This document shows, piece after piece, positions 21,901 through 31,725 of a DNA stretch of 64,000 bases. A program made the translations under genes and the position numbers. This DNA is from Candidatus Latescibacterota bacterium (GTDB lineage Bacteria > Latescibacterota > UBA2968 > GCA-2709665), in the NCBI GenBank assembly GCA_965226795.1, contig CBDDDZ010000005.1, forward strand, positions 192,001-256,000, in the 5' to 3' direction. Every line of letters begins with the position of its first letter. Position 1 is the first letter of the stretch. The notes beneath the pieces are model-generated. The model saw only the letters and a list, made by a program, of their open reading frames with translations. It ran no database searches and was not told where the DNA came from.

Positions 21901-23069
21901 GTAGCTGCCAATCAATTATAGATAAGTCGCAGAAGCAGGGCCAGATTACTAAGAATGAAGCCGAAAGGGCCTGTGCTTTTCTCGGGCTTCAGGAGAAACC
22001 CTGGCCCAATCAGCCACGGATCACTGACGGAGCGATTCTTTACTTGGATGATTTGGCCGTGAGATATTTCCTCCATCTTGGCATATTGAGAAAATTAAAT
22101 GCTGCTGGTTTCAGATTGATTATTTCCCAAAGCGTGGTATCCGAAGCGAAACAGTACATCTGCTACGAAAGGATCGCTGGCGAAGCCAAGAATGACATCG
22201 AACGTATACGTTCTGCACTTAATGCGCGGATAGAGTCAGGTAAGGTCAAGGTAAGTAGACGGACGAACTCCGCGAGAGATTCAGAAGACCAGGCAGCATT
22301 CGAACATCCTACCGCAGGAGCCTTGAACCTGGCAAACGAATGTGCTGCGATTATCGTGGACGACAGATACCTCCACCAACATGCCAATGTCGTTGATCAC
22401 GATGTAAAGACGCCGATAGTCTCAACACTGGATCTTGTTGATGCGTTGGTTGCCGGAGGTGTCATATCGACTAAAGATCGACTCGCATACAAAACTCAAC
22501 TTCGCCAGGCCGGATATTTCTTTGTGCAGGTAATCGAAGATGAACTGGCACATCATCTTGAGGCGTCCACGGTGGAGAACGGAGAAATCATTGAGACGGC
22601 CGAACTTAAGGCTATCCGGGAAAACATACTTCAGGTTCGGATGAGTAACTGGCTTCAGCTTCCGAAAGAAGAATACTGGCTTCAGACGATGTTAGGAGTG
22701 TCCCACCGAGTGCTGGCAGGAATGTGGAGAGCCAATGCTGACTTCGAACAGGTGCGAGCCCGCTCGGAATGGATCCTATGTGTGACAGACGTGCGTGGCT
22801 GGGCACACACAGTTGGCATAGAACGTGGTGAAAACATAGTCAAGTCGAAATTCGGCGAAAGTGTCCTGTCGTTGATTTCACTCGGGATCGAACTGCCCCC
22901 AAAGGTCAGAGATGAATTCCAAAAGTGGGTTGAAGAGAGGGTCTTGGCTCCGCTTAAAGAGAATAATCCCGACGTGTTTCGTTACCTGCTTGAATCGTAC
23001 AAAGGACATATTTCGCACGTGGTGGAAAAATGCATGAAGGAGATGAAGAACGATGACCATGGATCTTGA
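18951..23069 (+). pseudogene. HNH endonuclease - helical (TPR-like) repeat - PIN-like defence protein, ~1372 codons, single in-frame TAA at 20241-20243
   Basis: ORFs 18951..20243 and 20445..23069 share a frame and 20244-20444 is open (FGVNLDFAAIEREIDRQ...). HNH motifs CAHPDC, CHIYA...GPR, NLILLCPNHHTVVD; PIN-like IDATAL, LDDLAV and IVDDRY. Confidence 0.8.
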
Positions 23070-24981
23070 TGCCAAGACAGTATTTGCAGCGCAATGTTTG
23101 AATTTCGTGCCGCCACTAATACGTGAGACTCTCCTTGAAGATGGGGACTTTCGGGAGGAGTATAATGTACCGACGGACAACCGGATAGCGTTTGGTAAAT
23201 CCGGTGTAGATTTCCAGCGTTACGATTTGTTCAATACGATTCGAGATGTTCTGGCAAACGCATCAATACAGCAAGTAGCGGATGTCAATGGCAAGTTGTG
23301 GACCCTTAAGGACATAAGTGGAGAAGGGGAACTCCCGAATCTTGAAATGAGTCGCAGCGAACAGTGTGTTCCCCTTCCGGCATTCGCTTCATTGTCCCCA
23401 GACAAAAGTGTACGCTTGCGTCTCCTCAAGGAGGCGACTTCTGAAACCAATTTACCGCGACACGTCTCGTCCTTTTGGCGTGACATTCTTGAGAATCGCG
23501 CTCTCGAAGACGACGAAGTCGATGCGTTCTATAGTGATTTGAGGGATACGCCGACCGCCAAGGCGCGAGACATACGCACGGATATACTGGCCGGACAGAG
23601 TACCGCATCTTCTCTTGTCCCGAGTTCACGCCAATATTACGAAAGGCTTGTGGGCGTATATGATGGTAGCGCTTCCATCCGCGATTATTCCGCGGGCAAT
23701 GGTAGCGCGTTCTTAATTCAACTGGCCGAATGGCGCCCCTATGACGGCTTCTTGTTTAGTCTCTTTCTGTCATCACATTCCTTGCTAACTGACGAAATCA
23801 ATGTCGACCGTATAAGCCGTGAAGACCTTGTGAGAGCCTACGGTTTCTTAGCGAAACACGGGGATCGGTTCTCGCAGTTGGGGGCCATCGAGGTCGGATT
23901 GCGGATTCTTCCATCAAATCCTGAGATCGAACCTGCGCTCAGTTGTCTCATTGAGCAGATTCGAGACGACGACATTGAAGGGCCGGCTAGCTGTTTCAAG
24001 CTCTTATCGGCGATGTTTCGTCTTGTCGATGGAGAGTTGTCCAGGATTCGGCTGTTTTACTCGGAACCTCCTTTCTATCGAAGATTGGCGGCCTTGTCAC
24101 ACGCCGCATTGATTCAACGCCAACTTGCGGATTTAGACATAAATGTTGATAAATTCGCGGAGTGGGCGTATAGCGATCGAGGAGAGCCGCATTATCTACA
24201 GTCCCTTGTAGATATGCGTGTGGAACCGCATTGGGATCCCGAACTTACGGGGGTCCATCAGGCGAAGGCCTATTTCTGCGGTCGTATCATGATCTCAGGT
24301 AGAAAATATGCGCAGAATATAAAGGGCAGCCCCATCTATGAGCTTGTATTTGGTGACGATGCGAGCAGTCTGCCGTCTATTGGTGATTTCCCCAATTCAT
24401 GGTTGCGAGGGCCGTTGGAAGGAACCCATGAACCGGATCGCATCTTGCCTTCGGAGGTGGCGGACGCGATTGAGAAACAGCTCAGCACGAGAGAAGTAAG
24501 GCCATCGTCGTTCTTCGCGCTTGTGAATTTCGTCTCGACTCATCGCATCAGTGCAAATCATGCGCAGTTGGCGTCAGATGCGTTAAAACGTGCCGGCTAT
24601 CGTCTTCAGGACGTCGAATGCAGATCCCAGCTTGTTACTATATTGAATAGGTTAGCAACAGTTGCTGCCGTCACGCGAAGCCTAGGGCTCGCGGACGCCG
24701 TGCGAATTCTTGCACGTAGATATAGGCGTGACCCCGAGTACAGGTTATCCATTCCAGAGGTCGTGAAGCTTTGTCTCACAGCTGCCGCAAGCCGTTCCGA
24801 TTTAGCCGAGTGGATAGAATTCGTCGGCGAATGGCTAACAGAACTTGCATTTGAAGATTTGAAAAGTGAGGAAGGTCAGGTGTTTTACTCATCCTTGGAT
24901 TGGCTTTGCCATGCCGTTCCTGAGCTATGGGTTTCCTGCGGTAGAGCCCACGCAGCCTTGATGGCGTTTAATGCAAAATGA
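23053..24981 (+). CDS. Uncharacterised 642 aa helical protein, partner of the HNH-TPR-PIN gene
   Basis: Long ORF overlapping the upstream stop by 17 nt; same AT-richer composition. Confidence 0.8.
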   Translation: MTMDLDAKTVFAAQCLNFVPPLIRETLLEDGDFREEYNVPTDNRIAFGKSGVDFQRYDLFNTIRDVLANASIQQVADVNGKLWTLKDISGEGELPNLEMSRSEQCVPLPAFASLSPDKSVRLRLLKEATSETNLPRHVSSFWRDILENRALEDDEVDAFYSDLRDTPTAKARDIRTDILAGQSTASSLVPSSRQYYERLVGVYDGSASIRDYSAGNGSAFLIQLAEWRPYDGFLFSLFLSSHSLLTDEINVDRISREDLVRAYGFLAKHGDRFSQLGAIEVGLRILPSNPEIEPALSCLIEQIRDDDIEGPASCFKLLSAMFRLVDGELSRIRLFYSEPPFYRRLAALSHAALIQRQLADLDINVDKFAEWAYSDRGEPHYLQSLVDMRVEPHWDPELTGVHQAKAYFCGRIMISGRKYAQNIKGSPIYELVFGDDASSLPSIGDFPNSWLRGPLEGTHEPDRILPSEVADAIEKQLSTREVRPSSFFALVNFVSTHRISANHAQLASDALKRAGYRLQDVECRSQLVTILNRLATVAAVTRSLGLADAVRILARRYRRDPEYRLSIPEVVKLCLTAAASRSDLAEWIEFVGEWLTELAFEDLKSEEGQVFYSSLDWLCHAVPELWVSCGRAHAALMAFNAK

Positions 24982-25135
24982 GGGTTTTCCAGATCGGTAA
25001 AGTTCAATACCAGATGCAGGATCCTTTGTAAGGTTTTCCCTTGCCATTGCCCTGCTAATCAATTGTCGAGGTCACTAAAAGACACTGTATTTCGCCGTGA
25101 TGTCGTTATTCTTGGAGTCCAGAAAATAGTCGTGG

Positions 25136-25817
25136 ATGACCAGAGAGAACCTTAAATTAGGGACACGACAGGAGGCGTTGCGAGTGATCGGAGAATGGAG
25201 AGTTCGCCATTATCCGCGATGTACCCATCATGTTTTTCTATCGCATTGTGCTGAAAATAGACGTACTCGTGGTGCACCCTGTGTACACTGGCTTGCAGAA
25301 AGACCAATATGTACCGTGGCTTGACCGCCACCACTACCCGAGAGGCCAGGGTGCCTTTGCGGCGCTTAGAGAGGCAATTATACGGTGGCGGCACGTCGTG
25401 TATTTCGTTACTGAGGAGTTTCTATCGCAGGGGCGAGGATGGAATAGTGTGGAAACCGCCTATTCGGAGCTTCTTCAGGCAAATCTAATACATCCGTCCC
25501 TCGTATTGTGCAATGTCCAATTACCCCTATTCTTTCTACCTCGAAGTTATGAGACCCTCGAGAGATCGGCGTGGGGATCTTTCGTTCAATCCGGGCGGTT
25601 CTATCCCCCGGGAAAAGTGGACGGTGGCGCGGTGAATTGGGCTCACCAAGAAATCACGGCCTTCATTAAACAGGAAGAAAATCGAGGGCATTCCCTGGCG
25701 ATTCAAATCGAGAAGGATCCATCCTTCCAGCGGATTCTCGAGGAAGAAAAGAACCTGCTATCAAGGGTGATGTGTGCATACCCTGTCGCCGATAAGATTG
25801 CGAAAGTGACGAACTAA
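25136..25817 (+). pseudogene. TIR-domain protein split by a frameshift near 25260-25268
   Basis: First frame HHVFLSHCAENR; second frame LVVHPVYTGLQKDQYVPWLDRHHYPRG...ALREAI...HVVYFVT...GRGWNSVE (TIR betaA, WxD, betaC and catalytic-position Glu). Confidence 0.72.
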
Positions 25818-25829
25818 AGGAGGTTTTCG

Positions 25830-26153
25830 ATGCCCATAGACGACCAATACGTTAAGAACTTACCGGAAGTCTACCGCGATGTACTTTCAACTTTTCCGAG
25901 TTTCAATTCGACTCGCATTGCCGGCGACGGCCTGGCCTACCAATCGTTGTATTCGGCTTTGGCGGATGAAAAGAAGGGATACACCCTCGGTCAAATAAAG
26001 AAGGCATGCGAAAACATGGCTGAGGTGGGTCTTATGGTGATTAAACATAGGATATTTGCTTGCCCGACACCAAAAGGGGAAGAGTTGATTTCCGCAATAA
26101 CGGGCCGCACGACCCCTGTCTCGGACGTTCCCCCCATCGAAGCCCCGCCATAG
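25830..26153 (+). CDS. Small putative winged-helix protein
   Basis: AAGGAGG RBS; YTLGQIKKACENMAEVGLMVIK...PTPKGEELI resembles a wHTH recognition helix plus wing. Confidence 0.65.
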   Translation: MPIDDQYVKNLPEVYRDVLSTFPSFNSTRIAGDGLAYQSLYSALADEKKGYTLGQIKKACENMAEVGLMVIKHRIFACPTPKGEELISAITGRTTPVSDVPPIEAPP

Positions 26154-26222
26154 GTTTCAGATAGCCTTAGGCAAAGCAGTAACTTCAGTAGGCTTGATTC
26201 CTATCCTTTCTTTACCAATACG

Positions 26223-26254
26223 AAAAGCCGTCCATCACCTGAGTGGACGGCTCT
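26223..26254. terminator. Hairpin terminator at the right edge of the island
   Basis: AAAAGCCGTCCA...TGGACGGCTCTT. Confidence 0.65.
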
Positions 26255-26349
26255 TGATTTTGCCATGTGGCGCCGTGTTTGAACTTATCTCTTCCTCAAT
26301 TCCTCCGTGATTTCCCCCTCCTCTATCCCCTTGGACGATTTCCCTCGTT

Positions 26350-27291
26350 TCACGGCACCTGCGCCCCGGTTGTCTCGATGTAGACCGAGAACAGCGACTG
26401 GGAGCAGGTCATGAACAGCCTGTTCTTTTTTGCGCCGCCGAAGCAGAGGTTCGCGCAGGGCGCGGGGAGGTGGATCTTGCCGATGAGGGTGCCGTCGGGC
26501 GCGAAACAGTGCACGCCGTCGTAGCCTTCCCCGGCCCAGCATGCCCCCGCCCACAGGTTGCCGTCCGCGTCGGTGCGGATCCCGTCGGCCGAGGCGGGTT
26601 CCATGTTGACGAAGACGCGGCCATTTGAGACGCGGTCGCCATCCACGTCGAACACGCGGATGTGGGTGGGATATTCGGGGCCGTCGGAGCGCCCGGTGTC
26701 AACGATATAGAGCAGCGACTCGTCCGGGCTGAAGCAGAGGCCGTTGGGCCGCTGGAAGTCTGCCGCGACCACCGTTGCTTCTCCGGTGTCCGGATCCAGA
26801 CGGTACACATTGGCAACGTTTTCGAATTCGGCCCGGTGCCCCTCGTAGTTCATCAGAATGCCGTAACCTGGGTCTGTGAACCAGATCGATCCATCCGACT
26901 TCACCACGACGTCGTTCGGCGCATTCAGCGGCCTGCCCTCGAACCGGTCCATCAGTACCGTGATCGAACCGTCGTATTCCGTCCGGGTGACGCGTCGCGT
27001 GTCGTGTTCGCACGACACCAGCCGTCCCTGGCGGTCGCGCGTGTTGCCGTTGGTATTGTTCGATGGCTTGCGGAAAACCGAGACGTCTCCCGTTTCTTCT
27101 TCCCACTTGAGGATGCGGTTGTTGGGAATGTCGCTGAAGAGCAGATAGCGGCCGTCCCCAAACCATACCGGGCCTTCGAGCCACCGCCCGCCGGTCCAGA
27201 GCATTTCGATGGCGGCGTTCGCCAGTTTGTACTTTGCGAAGCGGTCGTCGAGCACCTCAATCCGGCTGTCGGGATATCTCACAAGTTCCAT
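26350..27291 (-). CDS. SMP-30/gluconolactonase family protein
   Basis: EGPVW, FSDIPNNRI, NGNTRD, NAPND, FTDPGYG, PNGLCFSPDE, ADGIRTD. Confidence 0.93.
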   Translation of the reverse strand: MELVRYPDSRIEVLDDRFAKYKLANAAIEMLWTGGRWLEGPVWFGDGRYLLFSDIPNNRILKWEEETGDVSVFRKPSNNTNGNTRDRQGRLVSCEHDTRRVTRTEYDGSITVLMDRFEGRPLNAPNDVVVKSDGSIWFTDPGYGILMNYEGHRAEFENVANVYRLDPDTGEATVVAADFQRPNGLCFSPDESLLYIVDTGRSDGPEYPTHIRVFDVDGDRVSNGRVFVNMEPASADGIRTDADGNLWAGACWAGEGYDGVHCFAPDGTLIGKIHLPAPCANLCFGGAKKNRLFMTCSQSLFSVYIETTGAQVP

Positions 27292-27334
27292 ATTTTCGTC
27301 CCTGTCACGACAATCTCTCCTCTAAGAAACTCGG

Positions 27335-28175
27335 TTTACCGCACACGCTCGATGTCCCCCGGAACGCAGGAAGCGTCTGTGACGTTGCCCGGACACGAAA
27401 TGCGATTCCTCACCGCGTTCAATTTCGTCGTGTCGCCGATGTAGCCCCTGGTATTCTTCATACGGGAAATATCCGTTGGTCAATGTGAACGGACCGGCCC
27501 CGGAACCGATGTACCTGCCGGAGTCGTCGATGCACGATCTGTCGCCGGGAACCAGACAGGGGTTGATGGATAGATCGGCCGGACTGTTGGGCCGGGCGGC
27601 ACGCCGCTGACGGTGAAGCGGCCCTCTCCAGCCAGGTGTCCGACACACCGTCACGTCGATGCAGGATCGCGATGGCGACGTCTCAGGTTGGATTCCCTTC
27701 CACCAGGCGGCCATAGTCTCCGCTTTCAGGCAGGCTTCCGGAGAGGCGAACCCCGCCGCCTCGTAGTTCGATGCGCAGAAAGTCGTCGCCCTGGGTGATC
27801 GGCGCCAACGACCTGATTGCCGTTGAACAGCGTGATTGGTGGAAACGAAGGCGTCGTCGAGTAATGGGGAATATAGGCGTCGGCCCACATGAATTCGAGG
27901 TGATATTTCGCGTTGTCTCCCAGAGGCCCGTTGAGTTCGCCGAATGTTCGTATATGTCGCTGTTTCTCAATCAGAATATCCCAGGGCTGGTAGCGGAACC
28001 GGCACGTCCAGGTCTCGGAATGACCGCCGAGATCCTCGCAATTGGGGTCCACAAAGCGTGGCGCGTCCACGAGCGCCTGGACGAAGTCATCCCTGGTTTC
28101 CTCGCCTGTAAGCGCCGGCACGAGAAACGCGCCCGGGTTGCCGGTGCCCGACAATACGTCGGCCGTCGTCTCCAC
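27335..28175 (-). pseudogene. Probable multiply frameshifted unknown Cys-containing gene
   Basis: Consecutive protein-like segments in different minus frames (ORFs 27726..28175 and 27322..27888, then YIGDTTKLNAVRNRISCPGNVTDASCVPGDIERVR*). Confidence 0.3.
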
Positions 28176-28331
28176 CGGGCTTTTCGGAAAACGACAATCG
28201 CCACGAGCATTCGATTACGATAAATAGCAGCGTCAGCGGCGGTTTGTCAATCGGTTTTGCCCGGTGACGTCCCCCGGATACCCATCCCGCGTGCCCGGCG
28301 CAGGGACGGTGTCCGGAAACCCCGCCGTGCC

Positions 28332-28360
28332 TTGACAAGCCCCGTGACGCCCCTTATATT
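28332..28360 (+). promoter_or_regulatory. Sigma70-like promoter
   Basis: TTGACA, 17 nt spacer, TATATT. Confidence 0.65.
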
Positions 28361-28562
28361 CCAAAAAGGAAGACCTGGATGGGCGAGAATGGAGGAACGG
28401 CCGATGGAATGGATCGTTGCATTGATTGTCGGGCTTGTTGTGGGTGGCGGCGTTTGAGCGAACTGGAGGCAGACCATCGGGAGACCGTCGCCGGTCTGGA
28501 GGGACTCATCGCCGATGCCGGTGCGAGTCTCTTTACACATTGTCACGTAAAATATCAGTGAT

Positions 28563-29594
28563 ATGACAAACAGCCTGTACATTCGGGGATTGAGCTTGGC
28601 AACTGCCCTCGTCTGTCTATTTTCGCCGAATCAACCGAAGTGCCGGGAGGCAGACGCCGCAGGTCCGGCGTATCACGAGGTCACCCGGCAGGAAATACTG
28701 GAGGCGATGCGCCAGGTTGGCGATTATAACCTGACGGCGACGACGAACGGCGCCCGTTTCCAATGGGAAGCGTTGCTCTATCTTGCCCGGCGTGCAGAAC
28801 AGCGCGATCCCAAGGGGCCGCCACTGTTTATCATCGGCGCGGACTGGTTTCGGGCGTTTATGGAGGTGACGGGACGCCCGGAAAGTGAAATGCCCCTGTA
28901 CGCGCGGCTGTCACGCGAATACGAACAGCATATGGACGTGGAATACCGAATGGATCGGGTGATCCGGAAGGTAATCGACGGGCCGGCGCCTCAATTCGCA
29001 TTGAATGTGCGGATCTGGTGGGAGGACCGGCCGGGAAAGCCGGATCGGTACTCGTACCTGGATACGCTCTCAACACCCAATCTCAAGGTTACCAACGGGC
29101 GGGTGATGGCCTATCGGTTGCTCGATCTTGGAGATTGGTTCGCTTGCGACAAGATTACGGGGCTTACGGGGCGCCCGACGTCGGGCTTGCTGGGCCTTAT
29201 CTTTCAAATAATCGGCGATGGACGACTTATACACTCTCGAATGGCTATTTCAAACGACGGTCTCCAGATTGTTCGTGGGACGTCGAAGAAGGGGTTCATG
29301 AGAAAGACGACCACCGCAACGATTTATCCGGATGGTGAAATGATCAAGGATCTGCCGGAAGGCCGACCCGACCTATTGGAACTGAAGCAACGGATCAACC
29401 AGCCACTGGAAGTCGATTACGAAAAACTTCCTGACGACAGGATTCGGGTCCCAAAGAGCCCTGCTTTGGAGGAAACCGATGGACGAGCAGACAAGCGACG
29501 CGAGATACACGATGGGACGCAGCAAGGGGGAAGAGGAACGGCTGATTCATCAGTCGCAGCTGTACGACGCCATTACCCGCCGGTTTCTCAATGA
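28563..29594 (+). CDS. Hypothetical exported protein
   Basis: 343 aa ORF with a signal-like N-terminus; its 3' end overlaps the next gene by 116 nt. Confidence 0.7.
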   Translation: MTNSLYIRGLSLATALVCLFSPNQPKCREADAAGPAYHEVTRQEILEAMRQVGDYNLTATTNGARFQWEALLYLARRAEQRDPKGPPLFIIGADWFRAFMEVTGRPESEMPLYARLSREYEQHMDVEYRMDRVIRKVIDGPAPQFALNVRIWWEDRPGKPDRYSYLDTLSTPNLKVTNGRVMAYRLLDLGDWFACDKITGLTGRPTSGLLGLIFQIIGDGRLIHSRMAISNDGLQIVRGTSKKGFMRKTTTATIYPDGEMIKDLPEGRPDLLELKQRINQPLEVDYEKLPDDRIRVPKSPALEETDGRADKRREIHDGTQQGGRGTADSSVAAVRRHYPPVSQ

Positions 29595-30309
29595 AGCGGG
29601 CATTGGCAGCGGGATGAGGGTGCTGGATATCGGTTGCGGCCCTGGTGATGTTTCCCTGACGGCGGCCGAGTTGGTCGGGTCCGACGGTAGGGTCGTAGGT
29701 GTGGACGTCAAACCGGCGATAGTCGAAACAGCCCGAACGCGTGCTCGCGATGTGGGGTTCTCCAACGTCGAATTCATGGCGGGAGACGCCCGGACACTGG
29801 ATCTGGGGAGCGACCTCGACGCTCTGGTGGGCAGGCTGGTACTTATGTATATGGCTGAACCGGCGCCTGCCCTGAAGCAGCTCGCGACGCGCGTGCGCCC
29901 CGGTGGTATCGTGGCGTTTCAGGAGGTCGATTTCAGCTACTACCGGAAACGACCGGATACGCCCGTGGCGAACGATCTGATCGAATGAGTCATCGCGGTG
30001 TTCGAACGCTCCGGAGCCCATCTCGACATGGGTTTCAGCCTGTACGGCGCCTTTGTCGACGCGGGATTGCCCGAGCCGACGATAAATTTCTCGGCGCCGG
30101 TCGGTGGCGCGGAGGCCTGGCCCGGGTTTCCGTACATCGCGGAAGGTCTTCGCAGCCTGATCCCGCTGCTCGAAGAGTTCGGGATCGCAACTGCCGAAGA
30201 GGTCGATCCGGATACGCTGGCCGAACGGCTTCGGCGCGAAGTCATATCGTCGAAACGCGCACTCATGCTCCCGCCCCACGTGACCGCATGGGCGGTGCTA
30301 CCGGGTTGA
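29479..30309 (+). pseudogene. Class I SAM-dependent methyltransferase with in-frame TGA at 29986-29988
   Basis: VLDIGCGPGDV motif I and RPGGIVAFQE; reading continues in frame NDLIE*VIAVFERSGAHLDMG to 30309. Confidence 0.82.
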
Positions 30310-30355
30310 ATCACGGCACGAAGACCGGCCATACGATTGATGACGTTATGTTCTC

Positions 30356-30383
30356 GTAGGGACAACGCATGCGTTGCCCCTAC
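30356..30383. repeat. GTAG-type REP palindrome
   Basis: GTAGGGACAACGCATGCGTTGCCCCTAC. Confidence 0.75.
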
Positions 30384-30447
30384 ATTGGTGTCGTTAACAC
30401 GGAGATTCGATCCACACACTCTGAATTCTTCCTTACAGGCGTCCCAT

Positions 30448-31725
30448 TTAAACCTGCCGTCCGGCCGCGAGGACACCTTTTTCTTCGTCAACCCGTCGTA
30501 GAATCAGACTACCCACGACGAACAGCACCGCCACGATCGAGATGCCGACCCTTTGGGACTGAAAGGCGCGGGTGAGTTCGCCCAGGGCAAGCGGACCTAT
30601 AAAGGCCGTGGCTTTGCCTGAAAAGGCGAATAGCCCGAAAAATTCGTTCTCCTTTTCCGGCGGGACAAATCGACCCAGGAGCGACCGGCTGGCCGACTGG
30701 TTCGGCCCGGCAAAAAACCCTGCCATGATGCCGGAAATCCAGAAGACGGTATTGCTGTGGGTGAAGACGGCCATCAACGTCGCCACGAGGAGAAAGAGGA
30801 GGCTGATCTGAATGGTGCGTTTACCGCCCAAGCGGTCGTCGAGGAAGCCCAGCGCAAACGCTCCGGTTCCCGCGGAGACGTTCAGGACGATGCCGAAGAC
30901 CATGATTTCGTTGAACGTGAAACCGAACGTACCTGCCGCGTAAATGCCGCCGAAGGCGAATATGGTGATGAGTCCGTCATTGTAGACGAGACGGGCGATA
31001 AGCAACTTGATAATTTCCCGATATTGACCGGCCTCCCGAAACGTCCTGGCGAGTTGGCGATAGGACGACGACAGGATCCCGCGCGTTCGGGTCGCGCGGG
31101 ATTTTTTTTCTTGAACCCAGAGGAAGATGGGGACGCTGAAAACCGCGAACCAGACGGCGACGAGCAGATTGGTTGCCCGGATATTCGCGCCGGCGTCTCT
31201 TGTAATACCGAACCACGGCGTTTCCGGGCTGACAAATCCAATCATGGCGATGCCCATCGCCAGCAGACCGCCTATGTAGCCCAGACCCCACCCGTACCCG
31301 GAAATACGGCCAATGTATTTCCGCGGCGCGATGTCCGGCAGAAAGGCGTTGTAGAAGACGTTTCCCATTTCAAAGGCGAAGTTCGCCACGACAAACCAGA
31401 GCAGGGCCTTGACGACCTGGCCTGGTAAGGCCGTGTACAGGCCGGTGGTGGCAATGACCGCGATGATCGTAGAGAAAAGGAGGAAACCCTTCCGGAGCCC
31501 GCCGCGGTCCGCAATGGCGCCGGTAAGGGGTGAGAACAGCGCCACGGCGATGGCGGAAAACGTGATGCCTCTGGACCACAGGGTGGTGCCGATGATTTCG
31601 TCCGGCGCGAGGTATTTTACAAAGTACGTGGAATAGACAAAGGTGACCACGAGGGTGGTGAAGGCGGAGTTGGCAAAGTCGTACATTGCCCATGACGCGA
31701 CGGCTTTTTTGTCAATTTTATTCAA
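30448..31725 (-). CDS. MFS transporter (UMF1/Atg22-like)
   Basis: SWAMYDFANSAF, FYNAFLP, GWGLGYIGG, QSASRS, EFFGLFAFSGK; multiple TM segments. Confidence 0.9.
   Translation of the reverse strand: MNKIDKKAVASWAMYDFANSAFTTLVVTFVYSTYFVKYLAPDEIIGTTLWSRGITFSAIAVALFSPLTGAIADRGGLRKGFLLFSTIIAVIATTGLYTALPGQVVKALLWFVVANFAFEMGNVFYNAFLPDIAPRKYIGRISGYGWGLGYIGGLLAMGIAMIGFVSPETPWFGITRDAGANIRATNLLVAVWFAVFSVPIFLWVQEKKSRATRTRGILSSSYRQLARTFREAGQYREIIKLLIARLVYNDGLITIFAFGGIYAAGTFGFTFNEIMVFGIVLNVSAGTGAFALGFLDDRLGGKRTIQISLLFLLVATLMAVFTHSNTVFWISGIMAGFFAGPNQSASRSLLGRFVPPEKENEFFGLFAFSGKATAFIGPLALGELTRAFQSQRVGISIVAVLFVVGSLILRRVDEEKGVLAAGRQV

Larger units (their letters stand above)
13530..26278. mobile_element. Defence genomic island (no integrase seen inside)
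   Basis: Direct repeat ATGTGGYGCCGTGT at 13530-13543 and 26265-26278, tRNA 3' fragment at 13601-13624, lower GC from ~17.4 kb, RM/HNH/PIN/TIR cargo. Confidence 0.65.

Noticed and set aside
25136..26153. Complete Thoeris or CBASS system
   Set aside because: No ThsA (SIR2/Macro), CD-NTase or SAVED domain is recognisable in the island.
29986..29988. In-frame TGA as selenocysteine or an alternative genetic code
   Set aside because: The site is not a catalytic Cys position and I see no SECIS-like hairpin after it. TGA, TAA and TAG all end normal genes here, and other internal stops are TAA. A TGG>TGA mutation is simpler.
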